From the NCBI RefSeq assembly GCF_006345805.1, contig NC_042997.1, positions 149,482,001 to 149,546,000 of the forward strand: a stretch of DNA of 64,000 nucleotides. Direction: 5' to 3'. This document shows positions 11,283 to 24,215 of this stretch, piece after piece (the first letter of the stretch is position 1; every line of letters begins with the position of its first letter). Source of the DNA: Octopus sinensis. Lineage: Eukaryota. Below the pieces are notes generated by a model. The model was not told the DNA's origin and did no database searches. It saw only the letters and a list, made by a program, of their open reading frames with translations. Position numbers and translations under genes: made by a program.

Positions 11283-12804
11283 TTTCACGATGAAGTCAGT
11301 TGTTATGCCAGTACATCTCCGAAAATAGAAAGATTATTTCTATATGAAGTGTTTTAATATTTTCATAGAAGTGAAAATAAAATTTCGTATTGACAAGGAC
11401 CATTCCTCACATACATATGTTTAATAGCCTACCTAACGCGGAAAGACACAAACACAGTGAGATATATACACACTCATACGCTCACATACATACATTCATA
11501 TATAAAATGTGACCTTGTCATGGTGGTTAGAATTAAAAGTAAAAGTATAAAAGGGAAAAAATATATCACATTACAATATACATGTTATTCTTTCACTTTT
11601 ATTCTTCGAGTTTTGACACGTAATACGGAAATGCTGCATTGTTTTAATCCAAAGTATTACATGTTGACACTCACTGAGTCTGATAGTATTACCATGTAAA
11701 ATTTGAATTGGTTGCGCTGTTTGAGAAAGCATTTAGAACAGATAGAAATCCTTGAATGCAATTCAGAAAAATCCTAATGCATCGCTAAAATCACGACTCT
11801 TAAGATCACAGTCCGTATTCCTGAGATGATTACAGTATAGTCAGCAGTAGCTGTGGGTACCAGGTAAATCATGTATACGGATTCATTTCTTCAGGTGATA
11901 TTAAATGAATGGAAGTTTAACTGAAGGTTGTTTTTCCCTTTTGACCAGTGGGAAGGTTGAATATGATATGTGGGTATTTGTGTGTGTATTTGCTGGGGAG
12001 GGGTGAATGTGATAGAAACAGAGGAAGGAATAGTAATTATATGGAGATGGTGGTGTGTATGGTGACATTGGATTTATTCTGCTAGTCAGTCTGCAAATGA
12101 CAAGGATGGATAGTGCACTCCGATGTTCGATCAAATTTTAAAGTAAGACTATCTTCAACTATATATATATATATATATAATATATATATATATATAATAT
12201 ATATATATAATAGTTACGTTCTCTTACTGAAACCATAAATATTATAATAAAGTATTTTTTCTAGACATACTCCAGCCTTCAAACCAAGACTTTTCGAAAA
12301 AGCATTACTATTTTATACGATAAAAATTTATTTATAATTTCTCTGTGACATGAAATTTCTATTTAATATTCTTCAGCTACTTCAAATATTAAAACTTTTG
12401 TTGACTTCATATGCATGTACTTGACTTTCACTGATTGATTTTTCTCTTTTGATCTAAAAATGTTTTATTACTAAAGATTTAAAAAAATCATTAATTTGTT
12501 ACAATATTATTGTAGAATTTCTTAGTAATCATTTTAGGTTAAACAAGATCATCTACAAATTAATCAAGTTCCAATCGAATACTTAGATGCATTCAGCTTA
12601 TATTGGTGTTGAGTGGAAAGCCAAAGAAAAAGTCATCTGTTTTCTGCATGTCTGTGACGAGATTTCTGCGATGCTATACTTATACTTTTATCTCTTTGCC
12701 TTTCAAGTCGTAATACATACATAAATACATGCATATGTATCTATATATATATAGATAATATATATCTCTATATATATATAGATATATATAGATGCATATA
12801 TATC

Positions 12805-12839
<35 letters not shown>

Positions 12840-14769
12840 TATACATACATACACGTTATATATATACATAATATAACGTGTTATACACACCACACACACA
12901 CCACACACACACACACAAGGTGTGAAAGAATGAGAAAAAAATATGAGATTGAAATTCGTACCTATATTTATATGTGTGCATGCGCGGTGACTATAGAAAT
13001 GTTTATTGTTTTGCGATTTTACAGAAAATTTATTGAATAAATTCATAGCTGACGAAAAATATTTTGTCTGTTCATGGTCTCCATGTTTCTAGCTGAAAAC
13101 AACATTCTCATTTGACATTTCATCTTGCATTTGAATGAATGTTCCATCAATGTCTAAGAAACCACGAAATAATTCACGTGAGAGTTGAAAAAGTTAAGCC
13201 AGAAACCATAATCTAAACAAATAATTTTTCATATATTCGAGAGGTTTATTAATATTTTAATACCATACAATTTCTTTATCGGGTTATTGAGATTATAAAC
13301 AAAATTTAATGTAATTTGTAGTTATGATTTTTTGTATAACTCTTGCACATTTTTTTGTTCGTTACTTCCATACCTTTATCTTATATCAGTCTCAAAATAG
13401 TTATGGTACAAACACTGCCAATGTAGAGAAAAATTTTTACGTTTTGTTTTATCATTTTCTATGTGTTACATCACATTAGAATATATAGGAGAAAGGTCAA
13501 TTCTGATGTACATAGTATATCAAAGAAAATAAAGAAAATTTAATATTGTCCATATGGTTAATTTTCCTGGAAAACTTAAGCAAGTTTGTCTAATCTAAAA
13601 TCAGAAATACCATGTAAAGTAGAAAGGTCACAAACAGTTTATTTCGTTTAGTACGAAAGAACTTTTGTTGAAATGCTAAGTAGCTTTAACGTAATAGATA
13701 ATAGGAGAACAGCTTTTACTATAAGTCTCTAACCAACACCCAATTTTTCAGCGATAATATGATTTTGACACCGCTTCTGCTTATGTGGTAACGGACATTG
13801 TACAGTTAAAATCGCCACAGCCGCTACATATGCTATGTCTCAAAAAACGTAAAGATACTTAGCATTGCTAAACGGTATCGCAGAATCTCTGTGATCTGTT
13901 AAGAATATCAGGAAGTTAACTATGAAGTAGTAATAAAATTTGCATACGTATTTGTACTGCTCCTCATATATCTGGGACTAAAGTTCATCAGGTCGTCTAG
14001 GAAATATTCTTGTAACGAGAATCAGTGGGTGACTTGCAATTATCCTGTTTCTAAACACTGCTTATTTATCGCTTCTACGGCGGTAACTATTGTTGTATAC
14101 TACCTTGCTGCAATATAACGTCTCATCAAAGTTACATCCGGATGCATCTGTCCTCCTACCGTACTAAATATTGTGCCCCATATCTTAGAATCTGCATTTG
14201 ATATATCATTCCATATCACATCTCTTCATGAGTACATATCTCTTGATTTTAGCCACGATCTAGTTATTTATCAACGTGTTAGACAATTTCCACACACCAG
14301 TCACTCCCAAAGAGTCAAAATCCTACCGTTTATGAAGAAATGAATTCAATATGCGTCTAAACTACATTCTAAATGAAATCTACTTACATAAATATGTAAA
14401 ACACCGAAGTGAATTATATCATCTCCCACGATACGCTGACTGAGTAGAACCTCATCTCTCACACACACATGCACACACTCATGAAAAATCTCTCAATCAA
14501 ATATTTTCTCTCCATAAGAATTGAAACACAATATTTTCGCCCCATACTTATATCTTTACGTGATTCCTGATCCAAAGATCCATACAGGCACGCACAGACA
14601 CATATAGACACACACATATATATTGTGTGGAATGTATTACATAAAATTCGTGGGTAAGGCCGGAACAATACGAAATATACCCAAGATATATCACAAGAAA
14701 ACCGGCATATGGTGACTTAACCGCATTCAGTATTTCAGTGTTATAACCTTCAGGAATTAGCGAATGTTT

Positions 14770-16654
14770 CATATGTGTTTGTGGGGAGTAGACATGCGTG
14801 GAAGGATAGTGTTAGAGCAACCAGCTACCTTCTGTTGTTGATGGTCGGCTTCCGTTGGTGCATTAATATGGTCTCTGTTACGCTGTGTTGCCCTCATGTG
14901 AACTGTGAACTCTTGGGTCTGACATTTTCGCAGATGTTTCTTCATGGAAGTATCTGTCTGCATGTGTTCTTTTATGCGTACGTGTAGTTTTTTTCATTGC
15001 GTTTCCTATGTACGAAGCATCACGTTTGCCACAGCTGACCTCGTATACAAGGTAGGTCCTCTGGCATATTTTGAGCTCTTGATGGGGAAATTTGGTAATG
15101 TGCGTTCCCTGTTCTTGAGAAAGGTGTTGTTCGTGTTCAGAATTTTTATCAGGGATGGACCGACCGGTTTGGATTATCTGTATGTCGTGTCCCACCCTGC
15201 AGACTGCATGTTGTATCGCAGCCGTAGTTCTGTTATCAAAATGCGGTAGCATTAGGAAGCACGTGCTGGAGTTCGGAGTATGGGGGTTCTGTCAAGGTTT
15301 GTTAAACCTGACGATCTTTAGGTGTTGTTGTTTGGCTAGAGATTGCGGGTAGCCATTCAGGATTAGGCTTCTCAGAAACCGCTTGGTGTTGGCGTCTTTG
15401 TCGGTCACTTCGCTGCATGTGCTACTTATTCGTGCAATATCGTTTCTCATATATGCGGCTTCGGATCTGGTGGGTAGGACTGATTGGTAGTGGATGAAAG
15501 TTTTCAGCTAGCAGCTTTTCTATAGTAGTTAGTAAATATGGAACCTTCGTCTGTGGTCCTGATTTGAAAGTCGAGCAGGGACAGGGTTCCCGACTCGTCT
15601 GGATGTTCGATCTCGAATTTTTTGTGTAAGTCAGAGTTATTGAAGTCCCGGTGTATGTTAATGGCCTCGTCCATGGAAGACGTGATGATAAGGCGCAGGA
15701 GTGGCTGTGTGGTAAGTAGTTTGCTTACGAACTACATGGTTCTGGGTTCAGTCCCACTGCGTGGCACCTTGGGCAAGTGTCTTCTACTATAGCCTCAGGC
15801 CGACCAAAGCCTTGTGAGTGGATTCGGTAGACGGAAACTGAAAGAAGCCTGTCGTATATATGTATATATATATGTGTGTGTGCGTGTATGTTTGTGTATC
15901 TGTGTTTGTCCCCCTAGCATTGCTTGACAACCGAGGCTGGTGTGTTTATGTCCCCGCCACTTAGCGGTTCGGCAAAAGAGACCGATAGAGTAAGTACTGG
16001 GCTTACAAAGAATAAGTACCGGGGTCGAGTTGCTCGATTAAAGGCGGTGCTCCAGCATGGCCACAGTCAAATGACTGAAACAAGTAAAAAAAAAAATAAG
16101 GATGTCATCAACGAATTTTGAGAAGAATAAGCATATGCGGCAGGTGTTGAGGGCTGTGCGTTCTAACTTAACTATGTACGTGATGGCCAGCAGTCCTGAA
16201 AGGCTAGATCTTATTCGTAGGCCAGAAGTCTGTTTGTAAACCACACCGTTGTATTGGAAATTTGTAATACTAACTATAATAGTTAGCAATTCTCGTATGT
16301 CCGAGGGTGTGAGGCTGAAGAGCTGGAGGTTGATGGATGTGGAAGTGAGAGAAAATGAAAGGGAAGGTAGAAAGGTAGAGGTTACAGTGGAGAGAAGAGG
16401 ATGCGGGGGAGATAAGGAGATGAAGGATGTGATGTGGACTATAGGGATATCGACAGCCAGTAGGGTAGATACGGAGGTGTAAAGGGAAACAACGTCTAAA
16501 CTGAAAGGGTATTTGTTAGTTTTGAGTATGTGGTGAATCGATAGCCTTGAGTTTTGTAAAGATTTCCTGTGAACAGCTGATGTGTCCGGGAAATGCGTGT
16601 AATTCGTTGATCGAATCAGCTGGGCCTCTCGACTTCGTAAGTAACAGAGTGCGC

Positions 16655-16660
<6 letters not shown>
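14770..16660 (-). mobile_element. Penelope-like element remnant (RT + GIY-YIG endonuclease), interrupted by a SINE
   Basis: SLDVVSLYTSV, FQYNGVVYKQTSGL, SKFVDDIL; thumb KFEIEHPDESGTLSLLDF...YYRK...IHYQS; LVYEVSCGKRDASYIG. Confidence 0.9.
15693..16100 (+). mobile_element. tRNA-derived SINE, full length, inserted in the PLE RT
   Basis: A-box-like GTGGCTGTGTGG, B-box-like GGTTCAGTCCC, internal TA/TG tract, A-rich tail; ATAAG duplicated at 15688-15692 and 16096-16100. Confidence 0.9.
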
Positions 16661-16703
<43 letters not shown>

Positions 16704-16705
16704 TA

Positions 16706-17064
16706 TACAGTCATTTGACTGCGGCCATACTGGAGCATCGCCTTTAGTCGAGCAAATCGACACCAGGACGTATTTTTGTAAGTCTAGTACATGTTCTATC
16801 GGTATATTTTGCCGAACCGCTTAGTTATGGGGCCGCAAAAACACCACCATCGGTTGTCAAGCGATGTTGAAGGGGCAAACACTGACAACAAACACATACA
16901 TATATATATACATACGCATATATACGACGGGCTTCTTTCAGTTTCTGTCTACTAAATCCACTAACAAGGCTATAGAAGACGCTTGCCCAAGGTGCAACGC
17001 AGTAGGAATAAAACCGGATCATGTGGTTGGTAAGCAAGGTACCTATCACACAGCCACTCCTGCG

Positions 17065-17067
<3 letters not shown>
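16706..17067 (-). mobile_element. tRNA-derived SINE of the 15693 family (small internal deletion)
   Basis: Reverse complement starts AGGCGCAGGAGTGGCTGTGTG and ends ...GCTCCAGTATGGCCGCAGTCAAATGACTG. Confidence 0.85.
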
Positions 17068-17124
<57 letters not shown>

Positions 17125-18643
17125 CGCATCCGCATATATGTAATGTTTGCATACTCGGTTACAAATGTACGAATATACGTATATGTAATTTCAGAGGCCT
17201 TCAGATAGGTTTACCCTTTAGATTTACATCTAAGTGTAGTTATAAATAAATTCATTGTAGGTTCAATTGTATCGACCTCTCTATATTTATAGAGATTTTG
17301 AATTATCTCGAAATAGCAAGACAGTAGAGCAAACCGAAGCAACAGATACTTAATTTTTTTCTCTCTCGTAAAGCTTCCTCTTGAGTAAACTTATAGCAAA
17401 AATACAACTCTTCATCTTGTTTTGCATCATAATATCATTACTAGTTTTAGGTAAGATACAAAATTTTCAAACCGTTCCCTTGATCACACAAATTCTATAG
17501 TGCTATCTTATTTTCAAAACTACTTTAAAATAATCTCGGAGAAATGCAAGATAAGAAAATACCTTCCAGCCACGTTTTCCTATTTTTCCTCTTTAGCTGT
17601 GTCTCTTTTAAAATGGCTACACTGTAATTTATTATATTTCAATAGCTAAAGTGCATTGTCATATGCTTGCATAAACACTCACACAGCTATTTTTGTTAAT
17701 ATAATTTTAGAATTATTTACAATTACATTTCCCTTCCTTTGCTCAATAATAATATAAGCGAAAAGACGTACACACTATAGAACTCAAATAAATTAGCTTG
17801 TGGCATTTGATTGCATGCTTTTGTTTTCTACGTTCAAATTTCGTCATGGTGGATTTTGTTTTTTAACATTTCCTGAACATTTAAAAAACACCAGTCAAGT
17901 ATTGAGATCAATGTAGTTTTATTATGTTTCTAAAGATAATCAACCCTCAGATACCGATTTTGTTTATTCAAGCTGCAAGAGATATCAACCCAAATCCGAT
18001 TGTTTAAAACCGTAAATGGGTATTCCTAGCCACACTCAAACACATGAGAGTTTAGAATGGCAAGCATCTGATCCTATGTGTACTTAACTGGGGAAGACTT
18101 GCAAATAAGCAGCATTGAGAATTGTGATAGTGTGCCATTCTCATGTGAAATCCATTTAGATAACTAATGATTTGGGATTACGCATAAATGTGAAAAATAT
18201 TCATTTTGGGACTTCTTTCCTATAAAAGATATTGAGTCTTGCACACCGTACTTCAGAAATTGGAACAGTGGCGCCCTCAATTCTTTTGTTTCTTCATGAA
18301 GGTATATTCGGTTTAAAATAAAATATTTCTTTCATGGAAGACAAATTTTCTGCGATACAAATGGGTATGAACACATAGTTTGTAAAATTATATTTCGTAA
18401 CGCTGTGATTTCAGGTTATACTAAACTAGAGTAACATTGCTCAGATGTACCATTGATCGTGGAAAGCTAATTATCAATAATATTGTAAAGTTAAACGAAT
18501 CATATTACTTACTATAGCAGTATTCAATGTCGTCCATACAAAAAATATTTTTGACTCCAAGTTATGTTTACTTCTAATTTATTTATTTTATGTTTATTTA
18601 TTTGTTATTGTTGTTATTATTATTATTATTGTTGTTGTTGTTG

Positions 18644-18693
<50 letters not shown>

Positions 18694-19216
18694 TGGAACA
18701 TAGGCTGTACTAACTAAATTCATTTTTCCTTAACAGCTATTTGTGTTGTATTAATCTCATTATTCATTACCAGCGGGTAAAATCACACTCACCGTCAAGT
18801 AACGGAATTCATATTTAGGTGCACTATCGATTTTCTCCCTCCTAACGAAAGTTAATGAATAGCAGAGCTGTGAAGCCTTAAATAAAGGAACATCAATTCT
18901 AATCGCAAAAATAATTATTTGCGCATTTTATTCAATACTCTAAAACTTATTTGATTCGCCTGTGAAGCAGAGAAACCAAAATGGGTACAAAATATAACTG
19001 CATTTGTTAGATTGAAGTCTGCATTGTCGTTAGAAGGCTCATTTTATAACACGGAGGCCTGCGAGGAGCAGGTTCGCAGAGATAGGTGAATACATACATA
19101 CCCAATTTAATTTTCGTATTTCATGTTTGTTTACATTTTGTGAAGTCATGTACCCACATATTCACACCTATATACGTATGTATGCACATAGGTGCGTCTA
19201 TATATGCTTATATATA

Positions 19217-19289
<73 letters not shown>

Positions 19290-19309
19290 ATATTATTCAT
19301 ATTATCTGA

Positions 19310-20430
19310 TTGAACGCCTCGCATCCATTTCCAAGTAAGTTTTTCCTTAATATGATTCATTCGACTCTTTCCTTTACTCCTTCCTTTAATGTTCTCTCTC
19401 ATTCTTTCTCTAATTCTTTTTTCTCCCCTTCACCGTGTTCTATCTCTCCGTCCCTCTCTCTCTCCCGCTTCTTCCTTTACTCTCTCTATTTGGTCACACG
19501 TGATCATCGTCCATCCTTCATTTCCTCACTTGATCATCTTTCTTTTCCTTCACTCTGTTGCGCAGTTCAGACCCATTCGTTTCTGTCCCCTCTCTTTTCT
19601 CTTATCAAAGAATCTTTTTCCAGCGTTCGCCTAACAGCCATCCCTGTTTATGTTCGTTTGGTTTGGTTTGTTGTATGTTCTGTTTCTGTACACTATTTAC
19701 ATTATTTACATCATTTACATTTGACGGATATATGTCCTCATCTTGTTAGTTGTCGACACAACATTTCGGCTATTACTCTTGAATAGCGCCCTGATGCCAT
19801 ATGGGCCGCATATCTTTTGTATCTTTTTGGTAGACAGACAGTAGACAGTTCATTAGTTTAATCCACTCTTTTCTTCATAATTGGGGTTGATAGAATGTTT
19901 TTGGGGTAGTTGGTGCTTAATAGATTGTTACTGAGCTTGATCATTTATTCGTGGTGAATATCACGATCGTTACTTATATTCTTTACTCGATGTTTTAAGC
20001 AGTAAGCAATACCTCTCTTTACACTGTACGGATGGTGAGAACTGAAGTTAAGGTATCTGCCAGTGAAGGTCAACTTGCGGTATACGGATGTCCTGAATCC
20101 ATATTTGGTGCCTGCTATCAATACGTCCAGGAATGCTAGCTGATTTCTTTTTTGCTTTCCATTGTGAGCTGTATGGATGGCTATATTAAGTTCACATGAT
20201 CCAACAGCACTTGGACATCTTCCTGGTGAGGCCAGAGAATAAAGGTGCCATCAACATATCGCAGCCATAAGGATGGCTTTAGTGGTGTTGATCCTAAAGC
20301 CAAAATCTTAAAGTATTCCATAGCTATTATCGGTGATAATGGCGAACCCATAGCTAAACCCTCTTCTTGTCGATATATATCAGTGTCGATACTGAAATAG
20401 CAACAACATAAACAAGACATTGGTCGAAAT
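19310..20430 (-). mobile_element. Penelope-like element remnant (RT/thumb, endonuclease deleted) joined to a CT-rich pLTR-like tail
   Basis: YRQEEGLAMGSPLSPIIA, WLRYVDGTFILWPH, GRYLNFSSHHP, KIQKICGPYGIRALFKSN, then ...AGCCGAAATGTTGTGTCGACAAC... Confidence 0.85.
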
Positions 20431-20445
20431 GAGGATGTAGTATAA

Positions 20446-20485
<40 letters not shown>

Positions 20486-20539
20486 GCACACACACACGCG
20501 TACACACAAACACCATACACATACAAACACCATACACAC

Positions 20540-20620
<81 letters not shown>

Positions 20621-21962
20621 TACATATATCAAGATATAAATCATTATCAATTAAAATAGGGTTTTCAGACACCAAAATCTTTTCAGAAATCATCTCTTCG
20701 CCCAACAATAAACTGCTAGATACAAATGCGCTTTATGAAAATAACAACATGAATATTATTAACACTACCCCATTCTTTGAAGAATAATTCCAACAATATT
20801 AGTATTTCTGAGATACATTCGAATCACATTTATTTCTTTAGCAGTAATACTAAGACTAAAACTCTGTTTTTCAATGTAAAATTACTTCCAGTTCTGATGT
20901 CCTATTTTACATAGGTAGTTCTTCATCTTAGCTGTCCAAAAGAATATCTAACAATTACTCTACATTTGACATATCAATAATCAAAACAATACTGGCCTCA
21001 GTAAATTAAACTGGTCTCTAAAGGAGGATAATAGAATGTGATTTGGAATAGTATATTCCATCTAGATCTTTTCCTTATGATAAAGGTAAATATTCTGTCC
21101 GCCGTGTAACGCAGAACACGATCGCATTGTGTTCTCTAAGAATTCTCTTGTAAACACATTTATAGAACGCGTTTATCCTTGCAAATATTGGATTAAACAT
21201 ACTTTTAGTTTCTATAAGTAATTTCTACAAATCTATGTAATTCGACTTTTTACTGTCTTCATTTCATTTCCACTACATATATCTATTTACACTCCTTTAA
21301 GCTTTATTTCCTCTCATATATCACTAAATATTTCTCCACTCTTAATTTTCTGTTATTTTTTGTTCTCCCTCCCCCTTGTCTAAATTGTCTTTGACGTTAA
21401 ACCTATTAACGGATTTTAAAAATATAACTTGCTAGCGTTCCCTTCATCATAAACGCGGTAATCATATTCGGTTACAATGGCTTATTGATGTGCTTTATTT
21501 CTCTTCTTTTTCCTGACGTGATGTTTACATTGTTTTACATGATTTTACTCCCTCAGGAATAATAGCAATATTTTTTCGAAATATATGTGGGAAGTATAAA
21601 TATTTGAATAACACCTGCGTTTAACTCCATTTCTTAATTTATCTATGGCATTTAAAAACATTTCACTTTATAAGTAGGCTGTAACGTCCTTAGCACTTAT
21701 GTGAATTTTTGCTACCCTGGTAACTATTTATTTATTTGTAGACATTGAAGAAATACACATGCATATATATATACATATATATATGTATATATATATATAC
21801 ATATATATATGAGCATATATGCATACATATATGTATACATACATGTATATAAATATATATATGTATATTTATATACAAAAATATATACGTGTATATATAT
21901 ATATATATATATAATATATATATGTATATTTATATACAAAAATATATACGTGTATATATATA

Positions 21963-22006
<44 letters not shown>

Positions 22007-22007
22007 T

Positions 22008-22163
22008 AAAAGCAGCAGAAAAGTAACAAAAGCTGCTACTCAGAGTTTCACGTTCCCGTTCGTCGGACGGTTTTGTTAAGATATTTTTTTTAAAACAAAA
22101 CTATCCGGCGAACGAGAACGTGAAACTCTTAGTATCAACTTTTCTTATATCTCTGCTGCTTTT
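22008..22163. repeat. Diverged ~155-bp palindrome made of two inverted HHR-bearing arms, next to (TA)n
   Basis: 22008-22077 versus 22094-22163 are reverse complements with multiple substitutions. Confidence 0.85.
22025..22077 (-). ncRNA. Type I hammerhead-like motif with CCGACGA core variant (family C)
   Basis: Minus strand AACAAAA-CCGT-CCGACGA-ACG GGAA CGT-GAAA-CTC T GAG-TA-GCAG-C-TTTTGTT; GUA site; stem I extended to ~10 bp with one mismatch and one bulge. Confidence 0.6.
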
Positions 22164-23319
22164 GAACAAAGTATATTAGTCTATATCTGGTATTTGAGTA
22201 CTCTTTTTCCACCTTCCTTTTCCACTTACGGAAATATACTTGCTGAAACAAAAACAATCGCAGCGTAGAAGATGTTTATAAGAACACACAAAAAACCCCG
22301 TTCGATCCAGTTCAATATTTAAAATGTAATTTTTGTGTGTGTGTGTGTGTGTGTGAATTCATATACACAAAATTCATTGTAAAATAGGAAAGTAAGTGGA
22401 TGGATTGTCAATTCAGATTAATTTTACTGTATAATTCTCTTAAATAAATTTCAGAAATTAATATCAGTAACCGTAAACAAAGTGAAAAAATCACTATTAA
22501 TTGTTTCTATGAACTCGTTGATTGCACTATTAAATGATGTCATGAGAATTGATAAGACTGAATATAATATAAAAATATCCTCAACGCTCCAAATTTGTAT
22601 TAAGCCTTAATGAATATTATACCAATATACATTTTCATTGTAAATTCTAGATATAGCAAATTAATCTGAAACAATGAATATAGTGGACGAATATTGAAAT
22701 GTAAGTTAAGCTTTAGGCAAGTTGTATAATAACGTTTAAGAGAAAATGAAAATGTAGAAAAATTATATTACATTCTTTGCTACTGAAAGTACTTGAATAG
22801 TAAAATAAATTATGTACTTCTCATAAGTTGGATATTACTGTAGCGGCATTACTTCATATAACAAAAGCAAAAACCATAGACAAAACTGAAAAGAAATGTT
22901 GAAGTATGATCAGCTTAGAAATTAGAGTTTTGATCGTTATAATATGATTTCAAGTGAATATCGAAATCATTTAATATCAGTTCTGTCAATGCATTAAAAC
23001 AGCGGTCTTGTGGGACAATATGCAATACACTCACATTCCACCTTGCTACAAACTGTATTTCAAAACTTTAAGTCTAAATCGCCATCCATTGTCAAACAAA
23101 CTAAGAAATGAATCACATATACATGTGTTAAATATCCAGATTATTTAATCGAGCTTTATACTATATTTAAAATTTCCAAGTTCTTACACCATATGAATAA
23201 TTAGGTTACATTAGATTTTCTATAACCGTACAGTATCATCAGTGTCTTTCCTTCATACCGCATTCACATAGGCAGATACTGACATACATATATATATATA
23301 TATATGTATGTATATAGCA

Positions 23320-23850
23320 ACTTTTTATTTTTCTATTATAACATGGCTGTTCTATAAAGGACTGTGTTACTATGTTTTAAGCCCAGGAAAACGTCTTTTC
23401 CTGCAGGTTAATGACACAACCCGTATACGATATATTGTGTGTAAGGGAGCGAATCACCCCCATCCAGTTTGCAAGAACAGTAGAGCATGGTTTCTAGGCT
23501 TTACCCGTCATCTGTTTAGGATACATGCCTGCTAGGGATGTCAGTGAATCTCCCTGCTCACAATGTATAAAACGAAAAGCAACAGACAACCGTCGATTTC
23601 TTAACGAGTAAAGTAGCTAGTTATAAAATCTCTAAACGCGATAAAAATAATAACAATACTAGACAGTAACGTTTTTTTGCCAACTTAACACGGCTGTTCT
23701 ATAAAGTACTATGTTACTACATTTTAACCCCAGGGAAACGACTTTCGAGCTGGTTAATGACACACAACTTGTGTCAGTATATTGTAAGGGTCCGAATCAC
23801 TCCCCGCCAACTTGGCAAGACCAGTAGAGAATGATTTCTGGATGTATATA
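23320..23850 (+). repeat. Diverged ~347-bp-period direct repeat
   Basis: GGCTGTTCTATAAAG at 23345 and 23692, followed by ~150 bp of alignable sequence. Confidence 0.75.
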
Positions 23851-23852
23851 TA

Positions 23853-24061
23853 TAAAGGTTAAAAAATATATATATATTTGCGTCAATATGTCTGAAGAAT
23901 ATTAAAAGTTTTTTTTTCCTTACAATGACATAGTTTAGAAGAAAGACCGGTTTCGCGTTTAGCTTTTCAAATTTCTTACGACGTTATGTCGTAAGGAAAA
24001 AAAAATTTTAATATTCTTCAGACATATTGACGCAAATATATATATATTTTTTTAACCTTTA
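23853..24061. repeat. Fold-back inverted repeat (23853-23923 / 23991-24061) with a partial HHR 3' core in the spacer
   Basis: Near-identical reverse-complement arms; minus-strand GAAACCGGTC at 23945-23954; extra hairpin CTTACGAC-GTTAT-GTCGTAAG. Confidence 0.85.
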
Positions 24062-24165
24062 AGCCTTCTGTAGTTTTTTCACTTTTTACTATTTTCTATA
24101 TATTCAACCACGTGCTTTCACAACCAACTTTCTTATCTATCTATCTATCTATCTATCTATATATA

Positions 24166-24214
<49 letters not shown>

Positions 24215-24215
<1 letters not shown>

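Noticed and set aside
13100-13180. FLDIDGTF (HAD or transposase-like motif) on the minus strand
   Set aside because: In-frame stop follows, no supporting motifs, and one DxDGT match is expected by chance in a window this size.
14720-14770. CTGAAGG-TTATAACACT-GAAA near the 3' end of the first PLE (minus strand)
   Set aside because: Core is incomplete and stems I and III do not form; at most a decayed HHR.
17970-18440. Relatively stop-poor Cys-containing frame
   Set aside because: Several in-frame stops, no recognisable domain, within chance.
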